NCBI GenBank assembly: GCA_013239625.1
Contig: MU053873.1
Location: forward strand, 3,052,524 to 3,116,523
From: Lama guanicoe
Taxonomy: Eukaryota
Direction of reading: 5' to 3'
Length of the DNA stretch: 64,000 bases
Positions 61,316-64,000 of this stretch are shown here, piece after piece; position 1 is the stretch's first letter; every line of letters starts with the position of its first letter. Below the pieces are notes generated by a model that saw only the letters and a program-made list of their open reading frames with translations, was not told the origin of the DNA and searched no databases. Both the position numbers and the translations under genes were made by a program.

Positions 61316-63589
61316 CAGCCTTATCCCCAGCCAACCCACTTGGTTAACTCAACACAGAGGAAATAAACTGGCTCTGTGTCTACCTCCTGGCTCACCCAGG
61401 GTCTAATTCAGGCATCTTGGTGCCCAGGCCACCCTTTTTCTGGAGATCCATCCTGTTACCTTCTCTTACTGCCCTTGATGAATGGGGACCGTGGTGGAGT
61501 CTCATTGGGTGTAGCCAGAACAGCCCTGCCATCCAATCCCCACTCCCAGACTCCACAATGCACGCCAATACATCGAGTATCATCTGTCTAGATCCTGTGA
61601 GAGAGGAAACCCCCTGCCCTTCACAAAGCCCGGGCTCCAGTTCCCTGGCCCCGAATAGAGATTCCGGGATAGGCTCTTCAGGATCCGGCTTCCCCAGGTT
61701 GCCGATAAGGCTATAACATGTCACCTGACTTGGATGCATGGCTTGGGGGTGTACAGACAGCTGAATGCACGGTTTTCTTCCTTTGCCCATCAGGTGTACA
61801 CATCCGGGCTGCAAAGTGTCTTTTGTGGACAGCGAGGTGACTGGGGTGTCCTGTTTCTCTTTCTTTCTTCCAAATGTCCTCCAAGGATGCCTCTGAATGC
61901 CCTGCCAGTGAATGGCCCCACTGTCAGGTGGAGACGAGCAGATAGTGGGCAGGGATCCCCTAACTCAATTCCCTTCCTTTGCCGGGCTGAGAGGCTCGGA
62001 TACCCTCTCACCGATTCTTCCCTTGCCTCCAGGGAGAAGCTCAAATGCCCCTTTGCACTCAGGATGAAATGGTCAGGACTCACTGAACTTCTTTTGATAC
62101 TGGGCATCTGTTTGTCCCCTCTCCTCCTAGCCTGGCTCCTTGAGTCTGCTGCTCTTTCTCCCTGAGATGGTTTTACCAGCTCCTAATGAGTCTCCCTGGT
62201 GCTGGCCTTTTCAGCCTTGGGGAGGCTTCTGCACAGGCCCTAGGGTGGAAAGAAGCAACTTTTCCCTGGTCCGATTTATAACCAGCAGTGGGGCCAAGTT
62301 CAAACTCAGGCTCAATTGACCCCAGGGCCGCACTCTCTAAGCCTCCCTGCCTTTCCTCCAGCAGAGTCCAGCAGAAGCCGGAGCCAAAAATGGCTGGATT
62401 ATCCACACGCCAGCTTCTAGAACCATGATTTAATTACAGCACCGATGCCAAGGGCTTTGAAAGTCCCAGGCTAGGTGTTTAAAACACAGGAAGTGAGGAA
62501 GGTTTCGCTGCGCCTCGTTTTCCCTTCAAGGATTGCTCCCAGGGACACAGCAAATCCCCAACCCCCTTTCATCTTCCTTTTGCTTTTCCAGCTCTTTAGC
62601 TGTGAACTGGGGTTTTTTTTTTTTTCCCCTTCCAGATAATTATTTACACAGAAGGAGAATAATTAGCAGCCCAAGAAACGCTTCTTTGTTCTCGGCTCCC
62701 TGCCCCTGCCTGCCTCTCTTGTCTGAAGTGGTGCCGCTTGGAAGAGGGACATCAAAGCTGCTGGGGAGGGTTTGCACCGAGAGGGATTTTCTTTGTCTGA
62801 CTGAGAAGCAAAGAAAGACAGTCTTGGCTTGTTCGTCTCTGCCCCGACTGCTGCCATTTCTCTGGGCCTGGGGGCCCCTACACCCAGCGACCTTAGAGAG
62901 GTTAGAGTAATAGATGGCTGTCCACGTACAGTGGCTGTTTTCTTATTTGGTTTCCATCTCTTTCCCTGGACCACGAAAGGCATCTTCTGCCTTCTCAGAA
63001 AATGTCAGAGCTGAAAGAGAATGTTTGGTCTGGAAAACACGAAGTCAAATGCCTTTTGTGGCCAGCAGATCACAAGCTGAGTGACACCAGCAAGTATAAG
63101 ATAATGGAGAGGGGTGGCGTCGGGGGTAACTTAGAGCATACATGCTCCTCCTAAAATCTGTCTGTCACTGCTTTGTGGCAAAAGGGGCTCAAGGTGGGCT
63201 GATTCCCCATTTTTCTAGAGACGCTGGATACTTGAGTTTGCCTATGAAATTTTCTAAATTGAAAAATACTGTGAGGGCCAAAGGAAACACCCAAAGAAGG
63301 GCTGGCTGTAGCCCATGACCACCTAATTTGCAATGTGTGTTCCCATCCCATCTTCTCACAGATGAGGGAAACTCAACCTCAAACAGGAGTAGCGATTTAT
63401 CCAAGGTCACATGTAAGGGAAGAAGCCAGGACCGGAATCCAAGCCTTCAAGAATGTCATGGCTATTTCTAGCACTTCTTAAGATGCTTGACACACAGTAG
63501 GTACTTAAATAGTCAACTAGGCGATTAATAACAATATTTACTTAACCTTGATCATGTTTTAGCACTATACTAGACGTTACATGTCTTAG

Positions 63590-64000
63590 ACATACTCATC
63601 AGGACTCTTTTGGTTGCAAATAACAGGAACCCAACTCAAAACAGTTTAAATAAAGATGTATTGGCTGCCATATATAAAGTTGAGTGACCTTCAGGTGTGG
63701 CTGTATCTAGACGTTCACATCAATTGTCAGTTTGTTTCACTATCCCACATTCTCTTTTTCTCATTGCTACTGTCATGAAAGCAGTGGCTTGACTCCATTC
63801 CCAGATACGTGCAAGATGGCAACCGACAGCTCCAAGTTTGCCCCCTTTCCAGCTAAAGACTCTAGTAGGCAAAAGGGCTTCCTATCACAAGAGTTGAGCA
63901 AAAGTCCCAGGGCTGACCCTCATCAGACCAACTGAAGTCACTGCTCATCCTTAAACCAATCGCTGTGCCCAAGAGGATGAAATGGTCTGATTGGCTTTAT
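63590..64000. mobile_element. MLT1-type MaLR LTR (runs off the window end)
   Basis: CAGGACTCTTTTGGTTGCAAATAACAGGAACCCAACTCAAA...AACCAATCGCTGTGCCCAAGAGGATG...CTGATTGG. Confidence 0.75.

Overview
Mammalian non-coding genomic DNA (intergenic or deep intronic). Two short tRNA-derived SINEs of the Vic-1 type point to a camelid (camel/alpaca/llama); this is an inference. I could not recognise any protein-coding gene, RNA gene or CRISPR array. The ORF track is explained by chance ORFs, microsatellites and decayed L1/Tigger coding remnants. A large part of the window is transposon fossil: L1 (several with readable target-site duplications and nested insertions), L2, many MIRs, solo LTRs (MER21-, MER41-, LTR16-, LTR33/41-, MLT1-, MLT2-like) and DNA transposons (MER2, MER53, MER58, MER102, MER103, Charlie4-, Tigger13-like). 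Repeat names are from my memory of consensus sequences, not a database search, and boundaries without TSDs are approximate. Between repeats lie unique islands rich in homeodomain, TALE (TGACA), TCF/LEF, ETS and RFX motifs, suggesting an enhancer landscape of a developmental gene. I found no convincing novel biological system. The best leads are a 10-site TGACA cluster, a possible L1 3' transduction, and a telomere-like tract replacing one end of a MER53.
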